A stretch of DNA of 64,000 nucleotides from IMG/VR virus record IMGVR_UViG_3300035698_035366, positions 1-64,000 of that record, one strand, 5' to 3'. Shown in pieces: positions 19,026 to 28,400 of the stretch (within the stretch, counting starts at the first letter, position 1; each line of letters starts with the position of its first letter). Under the pieces are notes generated by a model. That model was not told the DNA's origin. It saw nothing but the letters and a program-made list of their open reading frames with translations, and did not search any database. The position numbers and the translations under genes were made by a program.

Positions 19026-19503
19026 TGCCAATGGTGGTATAGGTTTAGATAACCATCTTCCGTGGCCAAATATCCCACTTGATTTACAAAATTTTCAAAA
19101 ATTAACAACTAACCACCATGTAATAATGGGCAGGAAAACTTGGGAAAGCCTTCCAGAAAAATATCGCCCCTTACCCAACCGTATGAATTACGTCGTTACT
19201 CGGTCACAACGTGATGATGTTGTCTGTATTCACCCAACCGAAGTTATAGATTTTGTTAGTAACTTGGACAAAACTTCTACCAAAGACATTTGGGTTATTG
19301 GTGGCGCGAATTTAATCAATCATATGATCGACGAAATCAAAGAATTTCATCTAACGAGGATTCAAGCAAGCTACACAGCCGACACCTATATTGACATAGA
19401 TAACATGTTGAAAACCTTTGATAAAATTTACGAAAAACAGCACGAAGGGTTGCTGGACGCAACAATTGGATTTGAAATATGGCGCACCAAACCCCACCAG
19501 TAA
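19000..19503 (+). CDS. folA: Dihydrofolate reductase
   Basis: AILAID.NGGIG, LPWP, VIMGRKTWESLP, PLPNRMNYVVT, WVIGGA motifs. Confidence 0.95.
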   Translation: MIKAILAIDANGGIGLDNHLPWPNIPLDLQNFQKLTTNHHVIMGRKTWESLPEKYRPLPNRMNYVVTRSQRDDVVCIHPTEVIDFVSNLDKTSTKDIWVIGGANLINHMIDEIKEFHLTRIQASYTADTYIDIDNMLKTFDKIYEKQHEGLLDATIGFEIWRTKPHQ

Positions 19504-20000
19504 AAATCAAATATATAACATTACCAAGCCGAACAATTTACAATTATTGTGGTGCTTGGTCGTATCTACCAGATGGAAGGGTGGATAATCGTTATCCAAA
19601 TAAAGCGTTTTTTGATAAAAAGGATTGGTCCAATTTCTATGAACGGATTGAGAAAAGTATATTGAATTCAGGGTTTGATGATCCTATAATAATATATGCT
19701 GGATGGAATAGAAGATGGAAAAATCATCCAGACGAAATACAAGATCTAGGTTTAGAGAATCTTTTAACTTGCACCAATACCGGTGGAAGCCGGCTGTGGG
19801 TTGCACAAAAATATAACATGGATATTCCATGTATGGTTAATGATTTTGTGGATCGTTTTCCTGATGCGCCAGAATTGAAAACACTTGAAGAAATCGAACT
19901 GTTGCACACAAAGAAAAAACCAATGGCTATTCATCTTCGTGACGATGGTGTTTTTATACAGCCCAACGTTGATAAAGATAATGAATGGCGGAAACAATGA
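19479..20000 (+). CDS. Hypothetical protein with possible ParB/Srx N-domain-like motif, 173 aa
   Basis: EKSILNSGFDDPIII...GGSRLWVAQKYNMDIPCMV loosely parallels the ParB-N pattern. Confidence 0.5.
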   Translation: MAHQTPPVKIKYITLPSRTIYNYCGAWSYLPDGRVDNRYPNKAFFDKKDWSNFYERIEKSILNSGFDDPIIIYAGWNRRWKNHPDEIQDLGLENLLTCTNTGGSRLWVAQKYNMDIPCMVNDFVDRFPDAPELKTLEEIELLHTKKKPMAIHLRDDGVFIQPNVDKDNEWRKQ

Positions 20001-20704
20001 GAATAACAGACCTAAATAAAAAATCATTATTTGAATCATATCTAAATGAAGTTTTACAATATGATGATAATTTTATCGACGAACTAAAAACAATGTTTGG
20101 TGAAATATACGATAAATTCGTTAATACAAATGCGTCAAAAAATGATGTTGCGGATTATATTAAATCCAAATTAGACGTTATACTAAAAAAGCAATTTCCT
20201 ACGAAAATAATTGATACGGTAATAGATATAAAAAGAAGTAATTCATCTGTTAAAACGTTTAATAATTCACATTTTGAATTGACATTAAATTTTAGTCCAA
20301 CATATATAACACAAATGACGACTAATATATCCCAAGTAAACATATCAAAAAGTATGTTTATATGGAATTGTATTGATATAACTGCTCATGAAATGGGTCA
20401 CATAGAACAAAATATAAAAAACCAAAATAATAAATTTGATTTCAATGATCCAAAAAGTGTCCGTGTTCTACGAGCCGAAATTGCGCCATATGCTAAACAG
20501 ATAAGTCTGATAATTAAAAATGTGTTGGATTCAAACGGATTAACGGGTATAGAAACCAACTTACTATTTCATCTTTTAGATACTATCCCACAGTATGATG
20601 ACTTTATAACAGATCTTTCATTTATTAAAAATGACAAAATTAAAAAACATTTTGAAAATGAATTTAAAAAACATATTACTAATTATTTAAAGGGTTACTT
20701 ATAA
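19997..20704 (+). CDS. AT-rich hypothetical protein with HExxH motif, ~235 aa
   Basis: TAHEMGHIEQ; starts MRITDL; visibly much more AT-rich than flanking folA and thyA. Confidence 0.6.
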   Translation: MRITDLNKKSLFESYLNEVLQYDDNFIDELKTMFGEIYDKFVNTNASKNDVADYIKSKLDVILKKQFPTKIIDTVIDIKRSNSSVKTFNNSHFELTLNFSPTYITQMTTNISQVNISKSMFIWNCIDITAHEMGHIEQNIKNQNNKFDFNDPKSVRVLRAEIAPYAKQISLIIKNVLDSNGLTGIETNLLFHLLDTIPQYDDFITDLSFIKNDKIKKHFENEFKKHITNYLKGYL

Positions 20705-21627
20705 TGAAACAATATTTAGAATCGCTAAAATATGTTATGGAAAACGGAGAAGACCGAGGTGATAGGACCGGAGTTGGCACTCGCTCGATATTCGGTCACA
20801 CAATGCGCTTTGATCTTCGAGAAGGATTTCCCGCAATGACCACAAAGAAGCTCGCTTGGAAATCTGTCGTTTCGGAATTATTGTGGTTTCTTGAAGGTTC
20901 AGATGATGAACGCAGACTTGCAGAAATTTTGTATGGAAAGCCCGCCAAGGACCTTGTTGGAAAAAATACAATCTGGACCGCTAATGCCGATAAACAAGGT
21001 GTTGAACTTGGCTATGATAATAATGATTTTGTCAAAAGATTGGGCCCAGTGTATGGTGTACAATGGAGGGCCTGGGAGGGTATTGATGAGTTTCATGGTG
21101 CCTTACTAAGGGACGAAGAACCACATACATTACACACCTATACCAGCAAGAAAGTGGATCAAATTGCGCGTCTAGTGGATGACATTAAGAACAATCCTGA
21201 AAGTCGTCGACATATGTTATCTGCTTGGAATGTATCATCGATTGATAAGATGGCGCTTCCACCATGTCATTTGTTGGCCCAGTTTTATGTTTCTAATGGT
21301 CGATACTTAAATTGTATGGTGAATATGAGGTCAATCGATTCTTTCTTAGGCTTGCCATTTAATATCGCCTCTTATGCACTATTAAATCATTTAATGGCGC
21401 AGGTAACTGGCTTAGAAGCAGGTGAACTAATTATGACTCTTGGTGATTTGCATATCTATAATAACCATTTTGATCAGGTCAAAGAGCAATTAGAAAGAGA
21501 ACCTCTTGAATTGCCTAAGCTATGGATAAATCCAGAGATTGCAAGAATTGACGATTTCACAATGCAAGATATTAAATTAGAAAATTATCAATCACATGAT
21601 AGCATCAAAGCACCAATGGCAGTTTAA
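20704..21627 (+). CDS. thyA: Thymidylate synthase
   Basis: DRTGVGTRS, FPAMTTKKL, ELLWFL, LGPVYGVQWR, ALPPCH, RSIDSFLGLPFNIASY, GDLHIY motifs. Confidence 0.97.
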   Translation: MKQYLESLKYVMENGEDRGDRTGVGTRSIFGHTMRFDLREGFPAMTTKKLAWKSVVSELLWFLEGSDDERRLAEILYGKPAKDLVGKNTIWTANADKQGVELGYDNNDFVKRLGPVYGVQWRAWEGIDEFHGALLRDEEPHTLHTYTSKKVDQIARLVDDIKNNPESRRHMLSAWNVSSIDKMALPPCHLLAQFYVSNGRYLNCMVNMRSIDSFLGLPFNIASYALLNHLMAQVTGLEAGELIMTLGDLHIYNNHFDQVKEQLEREPLELPKLWINPEIARIDDFTMQDIKLENYQSHDSIKAPMAV

Positions 21628-22253
21628 TCACCAAACGCTGTAACCATTATAGCCGAGACGCCTGTTTCATCCAATCCATTTGAGGTATTTCTAATCTTGA
21701 CTTCAATTGAACCAGGTAACTGGTTGGAAAATAGAGGTGTAATTACTTCTGTTCCGGCGGTTAAAATTGATGCTTGTACGACATAATCAGAATCACTAAA
21801 AGCTGTATCCCATGTAATTACCCATTCACCTGTATCGCCCGGAAGTGCATTGATTCTATCAACACTTAACACACCAAATGATTTCAAATTGATAGGAGTG
21901 TTGGTTCCATTTGGAACGAATTTTACCAGTGCCTTTGCTGCATTATCAGACGCAGTTGTAACAAGTGAATCGACCTCGGTAAGAATTTTTTCATATGTTT
22001 TAGGTGCATCGTTTACTAGGACATTTAGACTGGAATCAGCTGTATTATAATACAATTGACCAATTAATGGTTTCAATGGTGCGGACTCATTGGCGAAGTT
22101 TTCAACCATATGGACCAAATTTTCTGCCATAATTTCACCATAATTTGATACGTTACGACCAAACAGTTTGATGTCTGTTTTAGCGTCATTCACCGTTCCG
22201 TCAAGGACCGTGGTTAATGCCGTACCGTTTGTTTTATCTATATCATATGCCAT
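21624..22253 (-). CDS. Virion structural protein (short fibre/baseplate-associated), 209 aa
   Basis: MAYDIDKTNG...GRNVSNYGEIMAENLVHMVENFAN...GQLYYN N-terminus typical of jumbo-phage fibre/baseplate proteins. Confidence 0.7.
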   Translation of the reverse strand: MAYDIDKTNGTALTTVLDGTVNDAKTDIKLFGRNVSNYGEIMAENLVHMVENFANESAPLKPLIGQLYYNTADSSLNVLVNDAPKTYEKILTEVDSLVTTASDNAAKALVKFVPNGTNTPINLKSFGVLSVDRINALPGDTGEWVITWDTAFSDSDYVVQASILTAGTEVITPLFSNQLPGSIEVKIRNTSNGLDETGVSAIMVTAFGD

Positions 22254-22313
22254 ATTGTTGTCCTTATGTCCTGTATTTGTATTTATTTATGCTATTTTAT
22301 CATGACTTGAATG

Positions 22314-23363
22314 TTAAAAACTTGTTCCAACGTGTCTTGCTGATCTAGCAAACTCGTCGCCATTATCATAGTACTCAATCTGTCTCTTGTTTCTATTAGC
22401 AAGATAATCAATTGCTTCATGCGCGTCCTCGATCTCACCATCAATTAAATGTCTGAATACAATAGACCATTCAACTGGTGGGATAGCTGGATGGATTAAA
22501 TTGGCTTCTCTAGCTTGTCCAATAATTGAACTAATTATATTGTCGCCATATTTGAGCATCTTCATTGCTCTAATTACAAGTTTTTCAATATGTTCTGGTT
22601 TGATTTCTTCAATCGTTCTAGAAGTATAATACTTATTAAACATATTGGTGATACTGTTGGCTTTCTGTCGTCTAAGTACAGTATCACTTTCAAGTGGTTT
22701 GTCCCAGTGATCTGTAAGGTGATATTTTTCTGATAGACGTAATAATCCCTTCTGAAAAGATGCGCCGCGGTTATGAAGCGTCCTAACATCTTTTAAGAAA
22801 CTACGTTCTTTATTGGTTAAGTCTTGACCAACTTTCTTTGACCAAACTGGTTTCTTCCAATCCTCCATGACATGAAAAAGTGTTTCAATGGCTTTTGGTG
22901 ATGCTGTTTTTGTAGCGCCACTAAAAATTCCACCCCGTGATTCTGGATTTGCATATAATAACCATTGAACGGATTTTTGACTAAAAAGGTCAAATATTAA
23001 TACTACGCCTTTGAGGTATCTATTCAAAGGTTTGATAATTTTCGTATCAATACCAATTTCTCTTTCATTCGCTGAATCTGACGTTCCATCCGTATATGTC
23101 ATTTGGAAATCGTATTCGAATGCTCCATATTTCTTAACCAATGGCTTAGCATTAAAGACAAATTTGAAATCATAATGATCGCCCCCAACAAAGCGATTCA
23201 TATCGGGGTCATATGTGGTGCTAATATAAGTATTTCTTAATGTTTTCAAACTGTTAGAATCAATGCTATGTGAAACCCCGTGATGATCAGTGAGGTGATA
23301 TAGATAGTCATACTTAGTTGTATATTCAGTATCTCCTTGCTTATGTAATTCAATTAGTCTCAT
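22314..23363 (-). CDS. Hypothetical protein, 349 aa (MRLIEL start; possible head-packaged protein)
   Basis: Long ORF; start overlaps the stop of the upstream gene (TAATG). Confidence 0.7.
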   Translation of the reverse strand: MRLIELHKQGDTEYTTKYDYLYHLTDHHGVSHSIDSNSLKTLRNTYISTTYDPDMNRFVGGDHYDFKFVFNAKPLVKKYGAFEYDFQMTYTDGTSDSANEREIGIDTKIIKPLNRYLKGVVLIFDLFSQKSVQWLLYANPESRGGIFSGATKTASPKAIETLFHVMEDWKKPVWSKKVGQDLTNKERSFLKDVRTLHNRGASFQKGLLRLSEKYHLTDHWDKPLESDTVLRRQKANSITNMFNKYYTSRTIEEIKPEHIEKLVIRAMKMLKYGDNIISSIIGQAREANLIHPAIPPVEWSIVFRHLIDGEIEDAHEAIDYLANRNKRQIEYYDNGDEFARSARHVGTSF

Positions 23364-24616
23364 TACTTCTTTCCCTTCATTACATCAGATTGATTAACTT
23401 TTTCACCATTCAGATACCATTTTTTAGTTCCATCGGAGTATTCAAGAGCTGGGCCGTCTTCTCTATGGAGTTGACCATTCAGATACCAAGCTTTAGTTCC
23501 ATCGGGGTATTCAATAGCGGGTCCGTCTTCTCTATGTAGTATACCATTCAAAAACCATTCCTTCCCTCCATCTGTGGATTCGATAGCTGGACCGTCTTCT
23601 CTATGGGGTTCACCATTTAGATACCATTCTTTGGTTCCATCTGCCTTTTCAACAGCGGGGCCGTCTTCTCTATGGAGTTGACCATTCAAGTGCCATTTTT
23701 TAGTTCCATCTGCCGTTTCAAGGGCGGGCCCATCTTCTCTATGTAGTATACCATTCAAAAACCATTTCTTTGAGCCACCTGGTTCTCCAATAGTATCAAT
23801 AGCAGGACCGTCTTCTCTATGGAGTTCCCCTTCTTTGTTATACCACTTATCGCCTAGTCTAAATGATCCATTCACATAATCCACTTTACTCAATTTCTTA
23901 AAAATACCAAATATCTTCTTATGTTCCATTAGAAAGGGTATTGGTTTTATTTGGCTATCTTGCTCATCCATATATTGACCAGTTTCAAAATGGAATTGCC
24001 ATCTGGTGTTGGTTGGTTTATGTAAAACAATATACATCGGGCCACGTTTGCTGTATTGGTTGTGAAATTTAGGGTCATCTTTCGTAGTCGTACACCATTT
24101 CGTGTTTTTACCGAAATAGCAACTGGCTTTATGGGTTATTGGTATTACTACTTTATATTCCGAGTCATTAAATAGCAATTGAGCATCACCATTATCATAC
24201 ATTTGTTGTTCTACTTCATCTTTCTTTTCTTTTTTACTAGAAAGATCTTCAGTATTATCCTTGTATGTGTCCACAACATCAAGTAATTGGTTTGCGTCTT
24301 TGAATTTGTTGATGTCTTTATGTTCTGGATTTAATTTCTTTTTGATTGCTAGTCTGGCATATATTTTTAAGGCAGGCGTAATTTTTGAAGGTATGTCTTC
24401 CAGGCGCTGTATAGTCCCTTTGAGATATCGAGTAATCATCCAATTTACGTATTTGTTATTTTGTGTTGGATCTTGATCTTCAAGCCAATCGGTCCAGTTC
24501 TCACCTTGGGCGCCGATCTGATCCTTATACATATCAAAAGAATTATCTTGATTTAATCGCGACAATAATGACTCTTGTTTATAGTCGTGATATTCATATA
24601 ACTCTATTGCTCTCAT
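23363..24616 (-). CDS. Hypothetical protein with WCT domain and C-terminal HREDGPA repeats, 417 aa
   Basis: MRAIELYE start; ASCYFGKNTKWCT domain; six HREDGPA...W.LNG repeats. Confidence 0.8.
   Translation of the reverse strand: MRAIELYEYHDYKQESLLSRLNQDNSFDMYKDQIGAQGENWTDWLEDQDPTQNNKYVNWMITRYLKGTIQRLEDIPSKITPALKIYARLAIKKKLNPEHKDINKFKDANQLLDVVDTYKDNTEDLSSKKEKKDEVEQQMYDNGDAQLLFNDSEYKVVIPITHKASCYFGKNTKWCTTTKDDPKFHNQYSKRGPMYIVLHKPTNTRWQFHFETGQYMDEQDSQIKPIPFLMEHKKIFGIFKKLSKVDYVNGSFRLGDKWYNKEGELHREDGPAIDTIGEPGGSKKWFLNGILHREDGPALETADGTKKWHLNGQLHREDGPAVEKADGTKEWYLNGEPHREDGPAIESTDGGKEWFLNGILHREDGPAIEYPDGTKAWYLNGQLHREDGPALEYSDGTKKWYLNGEKVNQSDVMKGKK
23405..23827 (-). repeat. Intragenic tandem array, 6 x ~69 bp (23-aa LHREDGPAxExxDGTKxWxLNG unit)
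   Basis: CCGTCTTCTCTATG-like core recurs at 69-bp spacing (e.g. 23454, 23523); the first unit is 3 codons longer. Confidence 0.9.
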
Positions 24617-24683
24617 TACTTCTTTCCTATCATCTCTATGTCACTATACCAGTATCATGAGATATTACTCATTTAACCATTAG

Positions 24684-24691
24684 TATTTATA
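24684..24691 (-). promoter_or_regulatory. T4-type late promoter TATAAATA
   Basis: Perfect match on the minus strand upstream of 24616. Confidence 0.6.
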
Positions 24692-24754
24692 ATTACTGCA
24701 ATACCAAATCAATTGTATCCCGTTCCCGGTTATAATTTACCACACATTTTAAAA

Positions 24755-25339
24755 TTATGCCATTGATATTCTAATAGTGTATTCGATAACAATCGCACGA
24801 TTAAGTGATTTCTGAACAGGATGGAAAATTACGTGAGTGAGTAATAATCCAGTAACAGTTGGATCAAACGCTCTAATACCTAGCTCATCAAACACAAAAT
24901 TGCCGTTATTATCAGTGGTATCATCAAATGCCGCTTGGCTTGATGGCTCACCGAAATCTAGAGTACAAGTTATTACAATATCAGTGAACAAGGTGTTTGC
25001 TGTATGGTTAATTGTAATGAAATTTGTCTCCGGATTAATGTTGAGTGGTGATTTATCATTTACAACCTTTGCAAATGTTTCACCATATAATGTTGCGTTT
25101 TGTCCAGTAACGTTTGGTGGTAGATAAGTAACGGTACCATTACCTGATACTGTTGCTCCACCATTACCGAATGCCATATCGAAAATAGTTCCTGAATCGC
25201 GATCAGCTAACGAATTGGCGATTGCTATGCTCATATTTTCAAAATTTATTGCGTTAGATTTTGAAACTAATATTTCTCCCGTAGTTTTATCGAAGATTTT
25301 TATAAAGCCTTCAAATTTGGGTCTAATAACATCTTTCAT
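24755..25339 (-). CDS. Conserved virion structural protein (baseplate/tail), ~194 aa
   Basis: GAGGA RBS before ATG 25339; FEGFIKIFD, NAINFENMS, MAFGNGG, FVFDELG, THVIFHPVQKSLNR motifs. Confidence 0.75.
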   Translation of the reverse strand: MKDVIRPKFEGFIKIFDKTTGEILVSKSNAINFENMSIAIANSLADRDSGTIFDMAFGNGGATVSGNGTVTYLPPNVTGQNATLYGETFAKVVNDKSPLNINPETNFITINHTANTLFTDIVITCTLDFGEPSSQAAFDDTTDNNGNFVFDELGIRAFDPTVTGLLLTHVIFHPVQKSLNRAIVIEYTIRISMA

Positions 25340-25343
25340 TAAA

Positions 25344-25484
25344 TTATCCTCTCTTATCCAATACAACTAAACCTGTCTCTTTATCACGCATAACCAAATG
25401 ATCAATTATACGAATTCGAGTAGGCTCAATGGATTGTGCCTCTAATGTTTGTTGCTTTGATTGTTTTTGTTTATTCATAACCAT
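25344..25484 (-). CDS. Small protein, 46 aa (not in the ORF track)
   Basis: MVMNKQKQSKQQTLEAQSIEPTRIRIIDHLVMRDKETGLVVLDKRG; AGGA RBS; TAAATA just upstream; fills the gap between two structural genes. Confidence 0.6.
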   Translation of the reverse strand: MVMNKQKQSKQQTLEAQSIEPTRIRIIDHLVMRDKETGLVVLDKRG

Positions 25485-25497
25485 TGTCCTATATTTA

Positions 25498-28400
25498 TTA
25501 ATCTAGTGTACCAGCTTCTTTTCGTAAGAAATTAATCTGTCTTGTTTGCTTATTGAGCAAGTTTAATGATTCAGGAATTACTTGAATAATACGCAATGCA
25601 TCTGCTACTGGTGCAACATCAAATTCAATTTGTGATCCAAGAATTATATTATCCACATTAGTAATATTGTTAATTGTATAAATTTTGTTATCTGTTTCGT
25701 TAATCAGTGGCGTTAATACCTCAGTTGATCCACTTTGATCAACTAAGTAAACCGATGTTATTGTTCTTTCAACAGGGTATATATCAAGCGCATAAACAAA
25801 TGTATTACCGTCTGCTATCTTATCAATCGATGATGATTCTGCTAGAATAGCTTCTGCACCTAGGCTAATTAGTGGATCAGGTGATACCTCTTCATATACA
25901 TGACTAATTTGCTCAAGTGGTCCGGCTCGTTCAATAACAGTCCCTATACCATATGACGGGCTAGGTGATATAAGTCTAGTTGCTCGATTCAATCCACTGA
26001 ATTCATAAAACCTCTTACCAGTTGTGTTATCAAATAATGGTCCATTAACATTTGAATATTCCAATCGTTCTGTTCCAATGTATAGAACACCTGGTGCAGA
26101 AGCTGTTGGCTCATAAACATAATCAATTGGGAATTCAGATTCTAAAAATGTTGGATTGACATCGGCTTTCAAAATAACGTCAGTTGATGTGAATTCTTCG
26201 CGTACAAACAATTTAAAGAAATCAGCAATTCTTGAGAACTGTTTACTTCCCAATGCACCAGTGAATACTCGATATGCAAATGGTGTTTGGATAGGTGGTC
26301 CTGAAATTATGGTAGCAACAATGTCATCTTTGCTTTTTGCTAACCAATCAGCAGTTGTACCAACAAATGGGTTTGTTCTAATAATCGACGACGAGGTTAC
26401 AGTATCCCAACCATCACTTCCTGGGAATGGTATAAGCTTTCCGCGGTTATCCTTTGTAACTTCTTGAATTTCTTTATAAGTTATATCACAAATAGTAGGT
26501 GATGGGTTGCCAAACTCATCGAATTGGGCTTCATCGAATAAACCACCACCATCTTCCATGTCTTCTTCACTGTCATCAACAACGGACACTATTCCAAAAT
26601 CATATTGTTCGATAACTTCAATAATATCAGAAATAATTATTCCTTCATTTGAGACTGGTTCACGGCGATCATCATCACCACCGGCATCCCAAGGTGTTGT
26701 ATCCCAACCAGTTCCAGCTGATGTAATCAAATAATCTCTTTGATAAAGTTTTCGTTCACCATTAACACTAAACCAAATATACGAGTCATCGAATGGTAGA
26801 TTGTTAATTTGGTAGATACCATCTCTGCTTTCGTCATATACGTGAGTTTCAATATTCAAACTATCATCAATTGAGAAGAAAGTTACTTGGTATTCAGAAG
26901 CAGGATTTGGATTTAGAATAGTAACGGTTGTACTATCAGCATCATATTCCCTATCAACATCATTAAGCCAAAATACAATATCATTTTCTTCTGCTGATGG
27001 ATTGACAAAATGTATCTCGCGTTCTGGCACTAATGGATTTTGCGTTTTCCTCCATCCATCAGCGTCTATCCCATCGGCTGGTCCATTCCAATATAGAACA
27101 TCACCGTCAATAAATGATCCTAGTGGTAAAGAACCAAAGAAATTATCAATTACCGTTGTTGTTACCTTAAATGTATCACCGATAAGCAAATCATCATAAG
27201 TTAATCCAAGATTAGTTAAATTATCAGCAATTGTAATGGAAGCATCCATTGTTTCTGGGCGATAGAATTTATCAGCTGCAAGGACTGAGAATGTATTGTT
27301 ACCAATGTACAATATACCTTGTCCTTCTTCAAAACTAACTGGCACAATATTAAATGCATTTGTTGGTGTTGCTACAGAAAACCCTGATTCTATTCCGTCT
27401 CTTCTATTTAGGTATGTTGTGAGTCCATAAACCCTTCCTGAATCAATATCAGTTGTTGGGTCATAACTAAACTCACCGTCTAGACCATCATCACAATCTT
27501 CAACTAGAAGTTCACTTTGTGTAAACAAATCAGTTGGATCATAAACATCAACATGAGATTCAATGTCTGGCGGGAGGATTGAAAATTCATTTCCCCAACC
27601 ACCCTGGAAGTCATTTGTTATGACTGTATTTGCAAGATTAGTTACTGTAAAGTAATCACCTGGATTCAAATCACCCACTGTTAAACCAATATCAGAAAGG
27701 GCTTGTACCATTGAAACACTCGTGTCAAGAGTCCCTCGGCGTGTTGATGGATTAACATAATCTACGTTTTCAGTTTGTTCAACCCCATCTCGAATTAATG
27801 AAATAACTTCTCCATTGGTTGTATCAACTTCTGTATCAAGAACAAGCAAGTATTGATCAGGTATTAGTGTCTGGTAAAAAGTTCTATCTGGACGTAGACG
27901 TAAACCATCTTCTCGGACTAACATATTTGCATGTGATGGCATTGAATTTTCTTGTTCAATTGGTAATGTTACTGTTAAGCTGCTATCACCGTTAACTACT
28001 GTGTCAGGGGTTGTTCCATCACCAGCAAAAACAATAGTTCGAACAAGACTTGGACTAATTTGATTGAATACAGTAATACGAACTGAACTACCAGGGGTAG
28101 GGATACCTGTCAATAACGTAACTTCTCCAGTTAATGAAGTATATGTGAATGGTTCTGGCACTGAGTCAACAGTTACAAGGATTTGTCCTTCAGTTATACC
28201 CGTTGGGTTATCCAAAACATATGTATCAGTAAATGGATCATTGTCTTCAATGGTTTCTGATACACCAGTATCATACACAACAACAAATACTCTTGTATCA
28301 GTTGGTACTGGTCCAGTAGTAATGGATAATTCGTCGCCGAATACAACATAGTCGACTGGATCTAAGGGTTCACCATCAACAAACACCAATGTGGAGGATT

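Larger units (their letters stand above)
23358..24627. repeat. Pair of identical 17-bp direct repeats (TCTCATTACTTCTTTCC at 23358-23374 and 24611-24627)
   Basis: Both span the start codon of consecutive genes and bracket the 417-aa gene. Confidence 0.85.

Noticed and set aside
20704-21627. Base-modifying ThyA homologue (dCMP hydroxymethylase) or td intron
   Set aside because: Canonical PPCH, RSxD and dUMP-specifying Asn (FNIASY); the ORF is uninterrupted.
23405-23827. CRISPR array or DGR target
   Set aside because: Repeats are in-frame coding units with no unique spacers; differences affect all bases and are often synonymous.
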